A stretch of DNA of 25,000 nt from Eledone cirrhosa (lineage: Eukaryota), in the NCBI GenBank assembly GCA_964016885.1, contig CAXHJY010001729.1, positions 1 through 25,000 on the forward strand. Direction: 5' to 3'. The notes under the pieces are model-generated. The model was given only the letters and a program-made list of their open reading frames with translations. It searched no databases and was not told where the DNA came from. Below are positions 1 to 11,624 of the stretch, piece after piece. The translations under genes were made by a program, and so were the position numbers. How positions within the stretch are numbered: the first letter of the stretch is position 1; each line of letters opens with the position of its first letter.

Positions 1-412
1 ATCCTAAGCTAAGCTAAGCTAAGCTATCCTAAGCTATCCTAAGCTAAGCTATCCTAAGCTAAGCTATCCTAAGCTAAGCTATCCTAAGCTATCCTAAGCT
101 AAGCTATCCTAAGCTAAGCTCTCCTAAGGTAAGCTATCCTAAGCTATCCTAAGCTAAGCTATCCTAAGCTATCCTAAGCTAAGCTAAGCTAAGCTATCCT
201 AAGCTAAGCTAAGCTAAGCTAAGCTATCCTAAGCTAAGCTAAGCTAAGCTACCTAAGCTAAGCTAAGCTAAGCTATCCTAAGCTAAGCTAAGCTAAGCTA
301 TCCTAAGCTAAGCTAAGCTAAGCTCTCCTAAGCTAAGCTAAACTAAGCTATCCTAAGCTAAGCTAAGCTTTCCTAAGCTAAGCTAAGCTAAGCTATCCTA
401 AGCTAAGCTAAT
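1..412. repeat. Marker cassette copy 1 (5' part cut by the window edge)
   Basis: CTCTC-CTAAG-GTAAG 119-133, CTAC 249, CTCTC 323, CTTTC 368, CTAAT 408. Confidence 0.85.
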
Positions 413-1189
413 CTATCCTAAGCTAAGCTAAGCTAAGCTATCCTAAGCTAAGCTAAGCTAAGCTATCCTAAGCTAAGCTAAGCTAAGCTATCCTAAGCTA
501 AGCTAAGCTAAGCTATCCTAAGCTAAGCTAAGCTATCCTAAGCTAAGCTAAGCTAAGCTATCCTAAGCTAAGCTAAGCTATCCTAAGCTAAGCTAAGCTA
601 AGCTATCCTAAGCTATCCTAAGCTATCCTAAGCTAAGCTAAGCTAAGCTATCCTAAGCTAAGCTAAGCTAAGCTATCCTAAGCTAAGCTAAGCTAAGCTA
701 TCCTAAGCTAAGCTAAGCTATCCTAAGCTAAGCTAAGCTAAGCTATCCTAAGCTAAGCTAAGCTATCCTAAGCTAAGCTAAGCTAAGCAATCCTAAGCTA
801 TCCTAAGCTAAGCTATCCTAATCTAAGCTAAGCTAAGCTATCCTAAGCTAAGCTAAGCTAAGCTATCCTAAGCTAAGCTATCCTAAGCTATCCTAAGCTA
901 AGCTAAGCTAAGCTAACCTAAGCTAAGCTATCCTAAGCTAAGCTATCCTAAGCTAAGCTATCCTAAGCTAAGCTAAGCTAAGCTATCCTAAGCTAAGCTA
1001 AGCTAAGCTATCCTAAGCTAAGCTAAGCTAAGCTATCCTAAGCTAAGCTAAGCTATCCTAAGCTAAGCTAAGCTAAGCTATCCTAAGCTAAGCTAAGCTA
1101 AGCTATCCTAAGCTAAGCTAAGCTAAGCTAACCTAAGCTAAGCTATCCTAAGCTAAGCTATCCTAAGCTAAGCTATCCTAAGCTAAGCT

Positions 1190-4100
1190 AAGCTATCCTA
1201 AGCTAAGCTAAGCTAAGCTATCCTAAGCTAAGCTAAGCTAAGCTATCCTAAGCTAAGCTAAGCTATCCTAAGCTAAGCTAAGCTAAGCTATCCTAAGCTA
1301 AGCTAAGCTGAGCTATCCTAAGCTATCCTAAGCTAAGCTATCCTAAGCTAAGCTATCCTAAGCTATCCTAAGCTAAGCTATCCTAAGCTAAGCTAAGCTA
1401 AGCTATCCTAAGCTAAGCTATCCTAAGCTAAGCTATCCTAAGCTATCCTAAGCTAAGCTATCCTAAGCTATCCTAAGCTAAGCTAAGCTAAGCTAAGCTA
1501 AGCTAAGCTATCCTAAGCTAAGCTAAGCTAAGCTATCCTAAGCTAAGCTAAGCTAAGCTATCCTAAGCTATCCTAAGCTAAGCTATCCTAAGCTAAGCTA
1601 TCCTAAGCTATCCTAAGCTAAGCTATCCTAAGCTATCCTAAGCTAAGCTATCCTAAGCTAAGCTATCCTAAGCTAAGCTATCCTAAGCTATCCTAAGCTA
1701 AGCTATCCTAAGCAATCCTAAGCTAAGCTAAGCTAAGCTATCCTAAGCTAAGCTAAGCTAAGCTATCCTAAGCTAAGCTAAGCTAAGCTTTCCTAAGCTA
1801 TCCTAAGCTAAGCTATCCTAAGCTAAGCTATCCTAAGCTATCCTAAGCTAAGCTATCCTAAGCTATCCTAAGCTAAGCTATCCTAAGCTATCCTAAGCTA
1901 AGCTATCCTAACCTAAGCTATCCTAAGCTATCCTAAGCTAAGCTATCCTAAGCTATCCTAAGCTAAGCTATCCTAAGCTATCCTAAGCTAAGCTAAGCTA
2001 AGCTATCCTAAGCTAAGCTAAGCTTTCCTAAGCTAAGCTAAGCTAAGCTATCCTAAGCTAAGCTAATCTATCCTAAGCTAAGCTAAGCTAAGCTATCCTA
2101 AGCTAAGCTAAGCTAAGCTATCCTAAGCTAAGCTAAGCTAAGCTATCCTAAGCTAAGCTAAGCTATCCTAAGCTAAGCTAAGCTAAGCTATCCTAAGCTA
2201 AGCTAAGCTAAGCTATCCTAAGCTAAGCTAAGCTAAGCTATCCTAAGCTAAGCTAAGCTATCCTAAGCTAAGCTAAGCTATCCTAAGCTAAGCTAAGCTA
2301 AGCTATCCTAAGCTAAGCTAAGCTAAGCTATCCTAAGCTAAGCTAAGCTAAGCTATCCTAAGCTATCCTAAGCTATCCTAAGCTAAGCTAAGCTAAGCTA
2401 TCCTAAGCTAAGCTAAGCTAAGCTATCCTAAGCTAAGCTAAGCTAAGCTATCCTAAGCTAAGCTAAGCTATCCTAAGCTAAGCTAAGCTAAGCTATCCTA
2501 AGCTAAGCTAAGCTAAGCTATCCTAAGCTATCCTAAGCTAAGCTATCCTAAGCTAAGCTAAGCTAAGCTATCCTAAGCTAAGCTAAGCTAAGCTATCCTA
2601 AGCTAAGCTAAGCTAAGCTATCCTAAGCTAAGCTAAGCTAAGCTATCCTAAGCTAAGCTATCCTAAGCTATCCTAAGCTAAGCTAAGCTAAGCTAACCCA
2701 AGCTAAGCTATCCTAAGCTAAGCTATCCTAAGCTAAGCTATCCTAAGCTAAGCTAAGCTAAGCTATCCTAAGCTAAGCTAAGCTATCCTAAGCTAAGCTA
2801 AGCTAAGCTGTCCTAAGCTAAGCTAAGCTAAGCTATCCTAAGCTAAGCTAAGCTAAGCTATCCTAAGCTAAGCTAAGCTATCCTAAGCTAAGCTAAGCTA
2901 AGCTATCCTAAGCTAAGCTAAGCTAAGCTATCCTAAGCTAAGCTAAGCTAAGCTATCCTAAGCTATCCTAAGCTATCCTAAGCTAAGCTATCCTAAGCTA
3001 AGCTATCCTAAGCTATCCTAAGCTAAGCTAAGCTAAGCAATCCTAAGCTAAGCTAAGCTAAGCTATCCTAAGCTAAGCTAAGCTAAGCTATCCTAAGCTA
3101 AGCTAAGCTAAGCTATCCTAAGCTATCCTAAGCTAAGCTATCCTAAGCTAAGCTATCCTAAGCTATCCTAAGCTAAGCTATCCTAAGCTATCCTAAGCTA
3201 AGCTATCCTAAGCTAAGCTATCCTAAGCTATCCTAAGCTATCCTAAGCTAAGCTATCCTAAGCTAAGCTAAGCTAAGCTAAGCTAACCTAAGCTAAGCTA
3301 TCCTAAGCTAAGCTAAGCTAAGCTATCCTAAGCTAAGCTAAGCTAAGCTATCCTAAGCTATCCTAAGCTAAGCTATCCTAAGCTAAGCTATCCTAAGCTA
3401 AGCTATCCTAAGCTATCCTAAGCTAAGCTATCCTAAGCTAAGCTCTCCTAAGGTAAGCTATCCTAAGCTATCCTAAGCTAAGCTATCCTAAGCTATCCTA
3501 AGCTAAGCTAAGCTAAGCTCTCCTAAGCTAAGCTAAGCTAAGCTATCCTAAGCTAAGCTAAGCTAAGCTAAGCTATCCTAAGCTAAGCTAAGCTAAGCTA
3601 CCTAAGCTAAGCTAAGCTATCCTAAGCTAAGCTAAGCTAAGCTATCCTAAGCTAAGCTAAGCTAAGCTCTCCTAAGCTAAGCTAAGCTAAGCTATCCTAA
3701 GCTAAGCTAAGCTTTCCTAAGCTAAGCTAAGCTAAGCTATCCTAAGCTAAGCTAATCTATCCTAAGCTAAGCTAAGCTAAGCTATCCTAAGCTAAGCTAA
3801 GCTAAGCTATCCTAAGCTAAGCTAAGCTAAGCTATCCTAAGCTAAGCTAAGCTAAGCTATCCTAAGCTAAGCTAAGCTAAGCTATCCTAAGCTAAGCTAA
3901 GCTATCCTAAGCTAAGCTAAGCTAAGCTATCCTAAGCTAAGCTAAGCTATCCTAAGCTAAGCTAAGCTAAGCTATCCTAAGCTATCCTAAGCTATCCTAA
4001 GCTAAGCTAAGCTAAGCTATCCTAAGCTAAGCTAAGCTAAGCTATCCTAAGCTAAGCTAAGCTAAGCTATCCTAAGCTAAGCTAAGCTATCCTAAGCTAA

Positions 4101-5600
4101 GCTAAGCTAAGCTATCCTAAGCTAAGCTAAGCTAAGCAATCCTAAGCTATCCTAAGCTAAGCTATCCTAAGCTAAGCTAAGCTAAGCTATCCTAAGCTAA
4201 GCTAAGCTAAGCTATCCTAAGCTAAGCTAAGCTAAGTTATCCTAAGCTAAGCTATCCTAAGCTATCCTAAGCTAAGCTAAGCTAAGCTAACCTAAGCTAA
4301 GCTATCCTAAGCTAAGCTATCCTAAGCTAAGCTATCCTAAGCTAAGCTAAGCTAAGCTATCCTAAGCTAAGCTAAGCTAAGCTATCCTAAGCTAAGCTAA
4401 GCTATCCTAAGCTAAGCTAAGCTAAGCTATCCTAAGCTAAGCTAAGCTAAGCTATCCTAAGCTAAGCTAAGCTATCCTAAGCTAAGCTAAGCTAAGCTAT
4501 CCTAAGCTAAGCTAAGCTAATCTATCCTAAGCTATCCTAAGCTAAGCTATCCTAACCTAAGATATCCTAAGCTATCCTAAGCTAAGCTATCCTAAGCTAA
4601 GCTAAGCTAAGCTATCCTAAGCTAAGCTATCCTAAGCTAAGCTATCCTAAGCTATCCTAAGCTAAGCTATCCTAAGCTATCCTAAGCTAAGCTATCCTAA
4701 GCTATCCTAAGCTAAGCTATCCTAAGCTATCCTAAGCTAAGCTAAGCTATCCTAAGCTAAGCTAAGCTAAGCTAAGCTATCCTAAGCTAAGCTAAGCTAT
4801 CCTAAGCTAAGCTAAGCTAAGCTATCCTAAGCTATCCTAAGCTAAGCTATCCTAAGCTAAGCTATCCTAAGCTATCCTAAGCTAAGCTATCCTAAGCTAT
4901 CCTAAGCTAAGCTATCCTAAGCTAAGCTATCCTAAGCTAAGCTATCCTAAGCTATCCTAAGCTAAGCTATCCTAAGCTATCCTAAGCTAAGCTAAGCTAA
5001 GCTATCCTAAGCTAAGCTAAGCTAAGCTATCCTAAGCTAAGCTAAGCTAAGCTTTCCTAAGCTATCCTAAGCTAAGCTATCCTAAGCTAAGCTATCCTAA
5101 GCTATCCTAAGCTAAGCTATCCTAAGCTATCCTAAGCTAAGCTATCCTAAGCTATCCTAAGCTAAACTATCCTAACCTAAGCTATCCTAAGCTATCCTAA
5201 GCTAAGCTATCCTAAGCTATCCTAAGCTAAGCTATCCTAAGCTATCCTAAGCTAAGCTATCCTAAGCTATCCTAAGCTAAGCTAAGCTAAGCTATCCTAA
5301 ACTAAGCTAAGCTATCCTAAGCTAAGCTAAGCTAAGCTATCCTAAGCTATCCTAAGCTAAGCTATCCTAAGCTAAGCTAAGCTAAGCTATCCTAAGCCAA
5401 GCTAAGCTAAGCTATCCTAAGCCAAGCTAAGCTAAGCTATCCTAAGCTAAGCTAAGCTATCCTAAGCTAAGCTAAGCTAAGCTATCCTAAGCTAAGCTAT
5501 GCTAAGCTATCCTAAGCTAAGCTAAGCTAAGCTATCCTAAGCTAAGCTAAGCTAAGCTATCCTAAGCTAAGCTAAGCTAAGCTATCCTAAGCTAAGCTAA
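1190..5600. repeat. ~4.4 kb higher-order block, copy 1 (paralog of ~16975-21300)
   Basis: Collinear rare variants (copy 1/copy 2): 7xCTAAG run 1473/17255, CTTTC 2023/17770, CTAAC-CCAAG 2693/18440, CTGTC 2808 vs TTGTC 18555, CAATC 3038/18785, GTAAG 3453/19190, TTATC 4237/19969, CTAAC-CTAAG-ATATC 4552/20284, CTAAA 5297/21003, CCAAG 5397+5422/21103+21128, CTATG 5497/21203. Confidence 0.9.
3283..3756. repeat. Marker cassette copy 2
   Basis: CTAAC 3283, CTCTC-CTAAG-GTAAG 3443, extra CTCTC 3518, CTAC 3598, CTCTC 3667, CTTTC 3712, CTAAT 3752. Confidence 0.85.
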
Positions 5601-7044
5601 GCTAAGCTATCCTAAGCTAAGCTAAGCTAAGCTATCCTAAGCTAAGCTATGCTAAGCTATCCTAAGCTAAGCTAAGCTAAGCTATCCTAAGCTAAGCTAT
5701 CCTAAGCTAAGCTAAGCTAAGCTATCCTAAGCTAAGCTAAGCTAAGCTATCCTAAGCTAAGCTATCCTAAGCTAAGCTAAGCTAAGCTATCCTAAGCTAA
5801 GCCAAGCTAAGCTATCCTAAGCTAAGCTAAGCTAAGCTATCCTAAACTAAGCTAAGCTAAGCTATCCTAAGCTAAGCTAAGCTAAGCTATCCTAAGCTAA
5901 GCTAAGCTATCCTAAGCTAAGCTAAGCTAAGCTATCCTAAGCTAAGCTAAGCTAAGCTTTCCTAAGCTATCCTAAGCTAAGCTATCCTAAGCTAAGCTAA
6001 GCTAAGCTATCCTAAGCTAAGCTAAGCTATCCTAAGCTAAGCTAAGCTAAGCTATCCTAAGCTAAGCTATCCTAAGCTATCCTAAGCTAAGCTATCCTAA
6101 GCTATCCTAAGCTAAGCTATCCTAAGCTAAGCTATCCTAAGCTAAGCTATCCTAAGCTAAGCTATTCTAAGCTAAGCTAAGCTAAGCTATCCTAAGCTAA
6201 GCTAAGCTAAGCTATCCTAAGCTAAGCTAAGCTAAGCTATCCTAAGCTAAGCTAAGCTAAGCAATCCTAAGCTAAGCTAAGCTAAGCTATCCTAAGCTAA
6301 GCTAAGCTAAGCTATCCTAAGCTAAGCTAAGCTATCCTAAGCTAAGCTAAGCTAAGCTATCCTAAGCTAAGCTAAGCTAAGCTATCCTAAGCTATCCTAA
6401 GCTAAGCTATCCTAAGCTAAGCTATCCTAAGCTATCCCAAGCTAAGCTATCCTAAGCTAAGCTAAGCTAAGCTATCCTAAGCTAAGCTATCCTAAGCTAA
6501 GCTATCCTAAGCTATCCTAAGCTAAGCTATCCTAATCTATCCTAAGCTAAGCTATCCTAAGCTATCCTAAGCTAAGCTATCCTAAGCTATCCTAAGCTAA
6601 GCTAAGCTAAGCTATCCTAAGCTATCCTAAGCTAAGCTATCCTAAGCTAAACTATCCTAAGCTATCCTAAGCTAAGCTATCCTAAGCTATCCTAAGCTAA
6701 GCTATCCTAAGCTATCCTAAGCTAAGCTAAGCTAAGCTATCCTAAGCTAAGCTAAGCTAAGCTATCCTAAGCTAAGCTAAGCTAAGCTATCCTAAGCTAA
6801 GTTAAGCTAAGCTATCCTAAGCTATCCTAAGCTAAGCTATCCTAAGCTAAGCTATCCTAAGCTATCCTAAGCTAAGCTATCCTAAGCTATCCTAAGCTAA
6901 GCTATCCTAAGCTAAGCTATCCTAAGCTAAGCTATCCTAAGCTATCCTAAGCTAAGCTATCCTAAGCTATCCTAAGCTAAGCTATCCTAAGCTATCCTAA
7001 GCTAAGCTAAGCTAAGCTATCCTAAGCTAAGCTAAGCTAAGCTA

Positions 7045-7416
7045 TCCTAAGCTAAGCTAAGCTAAGCTATCCTAAGCTAAGCTAAGCTAAGCTATCCTAA
7101 GCTATCCTAAGCTAAGCTATCCTAAGCTAAGCTATCCTAAGCTAAGCTATCCTAAGCTATCCTAAGCTAAGCTATCCTAAGCTAAGCTCTCCTAAGGTAA
7201 GCTATCCTAAGCTATCCTAAGCTAAGCTATCCTAAGCTATCCTAAGCTAAGCTAAGCTAAGCTATCCTAAGCTAAGCTAAGCTAAGCTATCCTAAGCTAA
7301 GCTAAGCTAAGCTATCCTAAGTTAAGCTAAGCTAAGCTATCCTAAGCTAAGTTAAGCTAAGCTATCCTAAGCTAAGCTAAGCTAAGCTATCCTAAGCTAA
7401 GCTAAGCTAAGCTCTC
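7045..7416. repeat. Marker cassette copy 3 (partial or divergent)
   Basis: CTCTC-CTAAG-GTAAG at 7187-7201 and a CTCTC at 7412. It lacks the upstream CTAAC, the CTAC deletion and the CTTTC/CTAAT pair. Confidence 0.65.
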
Positions 7417-7776
7417 CTAAGCTAAGCTATCCTAAGCTATCCCAAGCTAAGCTAAGCTATCCTAAGCTAAGCTAAGCTAAGCTATCCTAAGCTAAGCTAA
7501 GCTATCCTAAGCTAAGCTAAGCGATCCTAAGCTAAGCTAAGCTAAGCTATCCTAAGCTAAGCTAAGCTAAGCTATCCTAAGCTAAGCTAAGCTAAGCTAT
7601 CCTAAGCTAAGCTAAGCTAAGCTATCCTAAGCTAAGCTAAGCTAAGCTATCCTAAGCTAAGCTAAGCTAAGCTATCCTAAGCAAAGCTAAGCTAAGCTAT
7701 CCTAAGCTAAGCTATCCTAAGCTAAGCTATCCTAAGCTATCCTAAGCTAAGCTATCCTAAGCTAAGCTAAGCTAAG

Positions 7777-8245
7777 CTAACCTAAGCTAAGCTATCCTAA
7801 GCTAAGCTAAGCTAAGCTATCCTAAGCTAAGCTAAGCTAAGCTATCCTAAGCTATCCTAAGCTAAGCTATCCTAAGCTAAGCTATCCTAAGCTAAGCTAT
7901 CCTAAGCTATCCTAAGCTAAGCTATCCTAAGCTAAGCTCTCCTAAGGTAAGCTATCCTAAGCTATCCTAAGCTAAGCTATCCTAAGCTATCCTAAGCTAA
8001 GCTAAGCTAAGCTATCCTAAGCTAAGCTAAGCTAAGCTATCCTAAGCTAAGCTAAGCTAAGCTAAGCTATCCTAAGCTAAGCTAAGCTAAGCTACCTAAG
8101 CTAAGCTAAGCTATCCTAAGCTAAGCTAAGCTAAGCTATCCTAAGCTAAGCTAAGCTCTCCTAAGCTAAGCTAAGCTAAGCTATCCTAAGCTAAGCTAAG
8201 CTTTCCTAAGCTAAGCTAAGCTAAGCTATCCTAAGCTAAGCTAAT
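7777..8245. repeat. Marker cassette copy 4
   Basis: CTAAC 7777, CTCTC-CTAAG-GTAAG 7937, CTAC 8092, CTCTC 8156, CTTTC 8201, CTAAT 8241. Confidence 0.85.
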
Positions 8246-8260
8246 CTATCCTAAGCTAAG

Positions 8261-8860
8261 CTAAGCTAAGCTATCCTAAGCTAAGCTAAGCTAAGCTATC
8301 CTAAGCTAAGCTAAGCTAAGCTATCCTAAGCAAAGCTAAGCTATCCTAAGCTAAGCTAAGCTAAGCTATCCTAAGCTAAGCTAAGCTATCCTAAGCTAAG
8401 CTAAGCTAAGCTATCCTAAGCTAAGCTAAGCTATCCTAAGCTAAGCTAAGCTAAGCTATCCTAAGCTAAGCTAAGCTAAGCTATCCTAAGCTAAGCTAAG
8501 CTAAGCTATCCTAAGCTATCCTAAGCTATCCTAAGCTAACCTAAGCTAAGCTATCCTAAGCTAAGCTAAGCTAAGCTATCCTAAGCTAAGCTAAGCTAAG
8601 CTATCCTAAGCAAAGCTAAGCTATCCTAAGCTAAGCTAAGCTAAGCTATCCTAAGCTAAGCTAACCTATCCTAAGCTAAGCTAAGCTAAGCTATCCTAAG
8701 CTAAGCTAAGCTATCCTAAGCTAAGCTAAGCTAAGCTATCCTAAGCTAAGCTAAGCTAAGCTATCCTAAGCTAAGCTAAGCTAAGCTATCCTAAGCCATC
8801 CTAAGCTATCCTAAGCTAACCTAAGCTAAGCTATCCTAAGCTAAGCTAAGCTGAGCTATC
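8261..8860. repeat. Tandem duplication of a 280 bp unit
   Basis: CAAAG 8331/8611 and CTAAC 8536/8816 are both 280 apart, with matching CTATC spacing between them. Confidence 0.8.
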
Positions 8861-9660
8861 CTAAGCTAAGCTAAGCTATCCTAAGCTAAGCTAAGCTAAG
8901 CTATCCTAAGCTAAGCTAAGCTAAGCTAAGCTATCCTAAGCTAAGCTAAGCTAAGCTATCCTAAGCTAAGCTAAGCTATCCTAAGCTAAGCTAAGCTAAG
9001 CTATCCTAAGCTAAGCTAAGCTAAGCTATCCTAAGCTATCCTAAGCTAAGCTATCCTAAGCTAAGCTATCCTAAGCTATCCTAAGCTAAGCTATCCTAAG
9101 CTAAGCTAAGCTAAGATATCCTAAGCTAAGCTATCCTAAGCTAAGCTATCCTAAGCTATCCTAAGCTAAGCTATCCTAAGCTATCCTAAGCTAAGCTATC
9201 CTAAGCTATCCTAAGCTAAGCTATCCTAAGCTATCCTAAGCTAAGCTAAGCTAAGCTATCCTAAGCTAAGCTAAGCTAAGCTAAGCTATCCTAAGCTAAG
9301 CTAAGCTAAGCTATCCTAAGCTAAGCTAAGCTAAGCTATCCTAAGCTATCCTAAGCTAAGCTATCCTAAGCTAAGCTATCCTAAGCTATCCTAAGCTAAG
9401 CTATCCTAAGCTATCCTAAGCTAAGCTCTCCTAAGCTAAGCTATCCAAAGCTAAGCTATCCTAAGCTATCCTAAGCTAAGCTATCCTAAGCTATCCTAAG
9501 CTAAGCTAAGCTAAGCTATCCTAAGCTAAGCTAAGCTAAGCTATCCTAAGCTAAGCTAAGCTAAGCTTTCCTAAGCTATCCTAAGCTAAGCTATTCTAAG
9601 CTAAGCTATCCTAAGCTATCCTAAGCTAAGCTATCCTAAGCTATCCTAAGCTAAGCTATC
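8851..9660. repeat. Third, partial copy (~0.8 kb) of an internal segment of the 2.5 kb unit
   Basis: CTGAG 8851, CTCTC 9426, CAAAG 9446, CTTTC 9566 and CTATT 9591 match 12065, 12640, 12660, 12780 and 12805, all at offset 3214. Confidence 0.85.
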
Positions 9661-10330
9661 CTAAGCTAATCTATCCTAAGCTAAGCTATCCTAAGCTAAC
9701 CTAAGCTAAGCTATCCTAAGCTATCCTAAGCTAAGCTATCCTAAGCTATCCTAGGCTAAGCTAAGCTAAGCTATCCTAAGCTAAGCTAAGCTAAGCTATC
9801 CTAAGCTAAGCTAAGCTAAGCTATCCTAAGCTAAGCTAAGCTAAGCTATCCTAAGCTATCCTAAGCTAAGCTATCCTAAGCTAAGCTATCCTAAGCTAAG
9901 CTATCCTAAGCTATCCTAAGCTAAGCTATCCTAAGCTATCCTAAGCTAAGCTATCCTAAGCTAAGCTATCCTAAGCTAAGCTATCCTAAGCTATCCTAAG
10001 CTAAGCTATCCTAAGCTATCCTAAGCTAAGCTATCCTAAGCTATCCTAAGCTAAGCTAAGCTAAGCTATCCTAAGCTAAGCTAAGCTAAGCTATCCTAAG
10101 CTAAGCTAAGCTAAGCTATCCTAAGCTAAGCTAAGCTAAGCTATCCTAAGCGATCCTAAGCTAAGCTATCCTAAGCTAAGCTATCCTAAGCTATCCTAAG
10201 CTAAGCAATCCTAAGCTATCCTAAGCTAAGCTATCCTAAGCTAAGCTATCCTAAGCTATCCTAAGCTAAGCTATCCTAAGCTATCCTAAGCTAAGCTATC
10301 CTAAGCTATCCTAAGCTAAGCTAAGCTAAG

Positions 10331-10749
10331 CTAACCTAAGCTAAGCTATCCTAAGCTAAGCTAAGCTAAGCTATCCTAAGCTAAGCTAAGCTAAGCTATC
10401 CTAAGCTATCCTAAGCTAAGCTATCCTAAGCTAAGCTATCCTAAGCTAAGCTATCCTAAGCTATCCTAAGCTAAGCTATCCTAAGCTAAGCTCTCCTAAG
10501 GTAAGCTATCCTAAGCTATCCTAAGCTAAGCTATCCTAAGCTATCCTAAGCTAAGCTAAGCTAAGCTATCCTAAGCTAAGCTAAGCTAAGCTACCTAAGC
10601 TAAGCTAAGCTAAGCTATCCTAAGCTAAGCTAAGCTAAGCTATCCTAAGCTAAGCTAAGCTCTCCTAAGCTAAGCTAAGCTAAGCTATCCTAAGCTAAGC
10701 TAAGCTTTCCTAAGCTAAGCTAAGCTAAGCTATCCTAAGCTAAGCTAAT
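10331..10749. repeat. Marker cassette copy 5
   Basis: CTAAC 10331, CTCTC-CTAAG-GTAAG 10491, CTAC 10591, CTCTC 10660, CTTTC 10705, CTAAT 10745. Confidence 0.85.
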
Positions 10750-11624
10750 CTATCCTAAGCTAAGCTAAGCTAAGCTATCCTAAGCTAAGCTAAGCTAAGC
10801 TATCCTAAGCTAAGCTAAGCTAAGCTATCCTAAGCTAAGCTAAGCTAAGCTATCCTAAGCTAAGCTAAGCTAAGCTATCCTAAGCTAAGCTAAGCTAAGC
10901 TATCCTAAGCTAAGCTAAGCTAAGCTATCCTAAGCTAAGCTATCCTAAGCTAAGCTAAGCTATCCTAAGCTAAGCTAAGCTAAGCTATCCTAAGCTAAGC
11001 TAAGCTAAGCTATCCTAAGCTAAGCTAAGCTATCCTAAGCTAAGCTAAGCTAAGCTATCCTAAGCTAAGCTAAGCTAAGCTATCCTAAGCTAAGCTAAGC
11101 TAAGCTATCCTAAGCTATCCTAAGCTATCCTAAGCTAAGCTATCCTAAGCTATCCTAAGCTAAGCTAAGCTAAGCTATCCTAAGCTAAGCTAAGCTAAGC
11201 TATCCTAAGCTAAGCTAAGCTAAGCTATCCTAAGCTAAGCTAAGCTAAGCTATCCTAAGCTATCCTAAGCTAAGCTATCCTAAGCTAAGCTATTCTAAGC
11301 TATCCTAAGCTAAGCTATCCTAAGCTATCCTAAGCTAAGCTATCCTAAGCTAAGCTATCCTAAGCTATCCTAAGCTAAGCTATCCTAAGCTAAGCTAAGC
11401 TAAGCTAACCTAAGCTAAGCTATCCTAAGCTAAGCTAAGCTATCCTAAGCTAAGCTAAGCTAAGCTATCCTAAGCTATCCTAAGCTAAGCTATCCTAAGC
11501 TAAGCTATCCTAAGCTAAGCTATCCTAAGCTATCCTAAGCTAAGCTATCCTAAGCTAAGCTAAGCTAAGCTATCCTAAGCTAAGCTATCCTAAGCTATCC
11601 TAAGCTAAGCTAAGCTAAGCTAAC

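Noticed and set aside
124-133. AG|GTAAG splice-donor-like motif in the cassette
   Set aside because: It arises from a single C->G change in the repeat. There is no exon, ORF or acceptor context.
1560-1990. AB/AAB alternation resembling a Fibonacci-like word or an encoded binary message
   Set aside because: The pattern is not strict (1,1 and 2,2,2 runs and 3-4 runs intervene) and nested duplication explains it adequately. Nothing supports a code.
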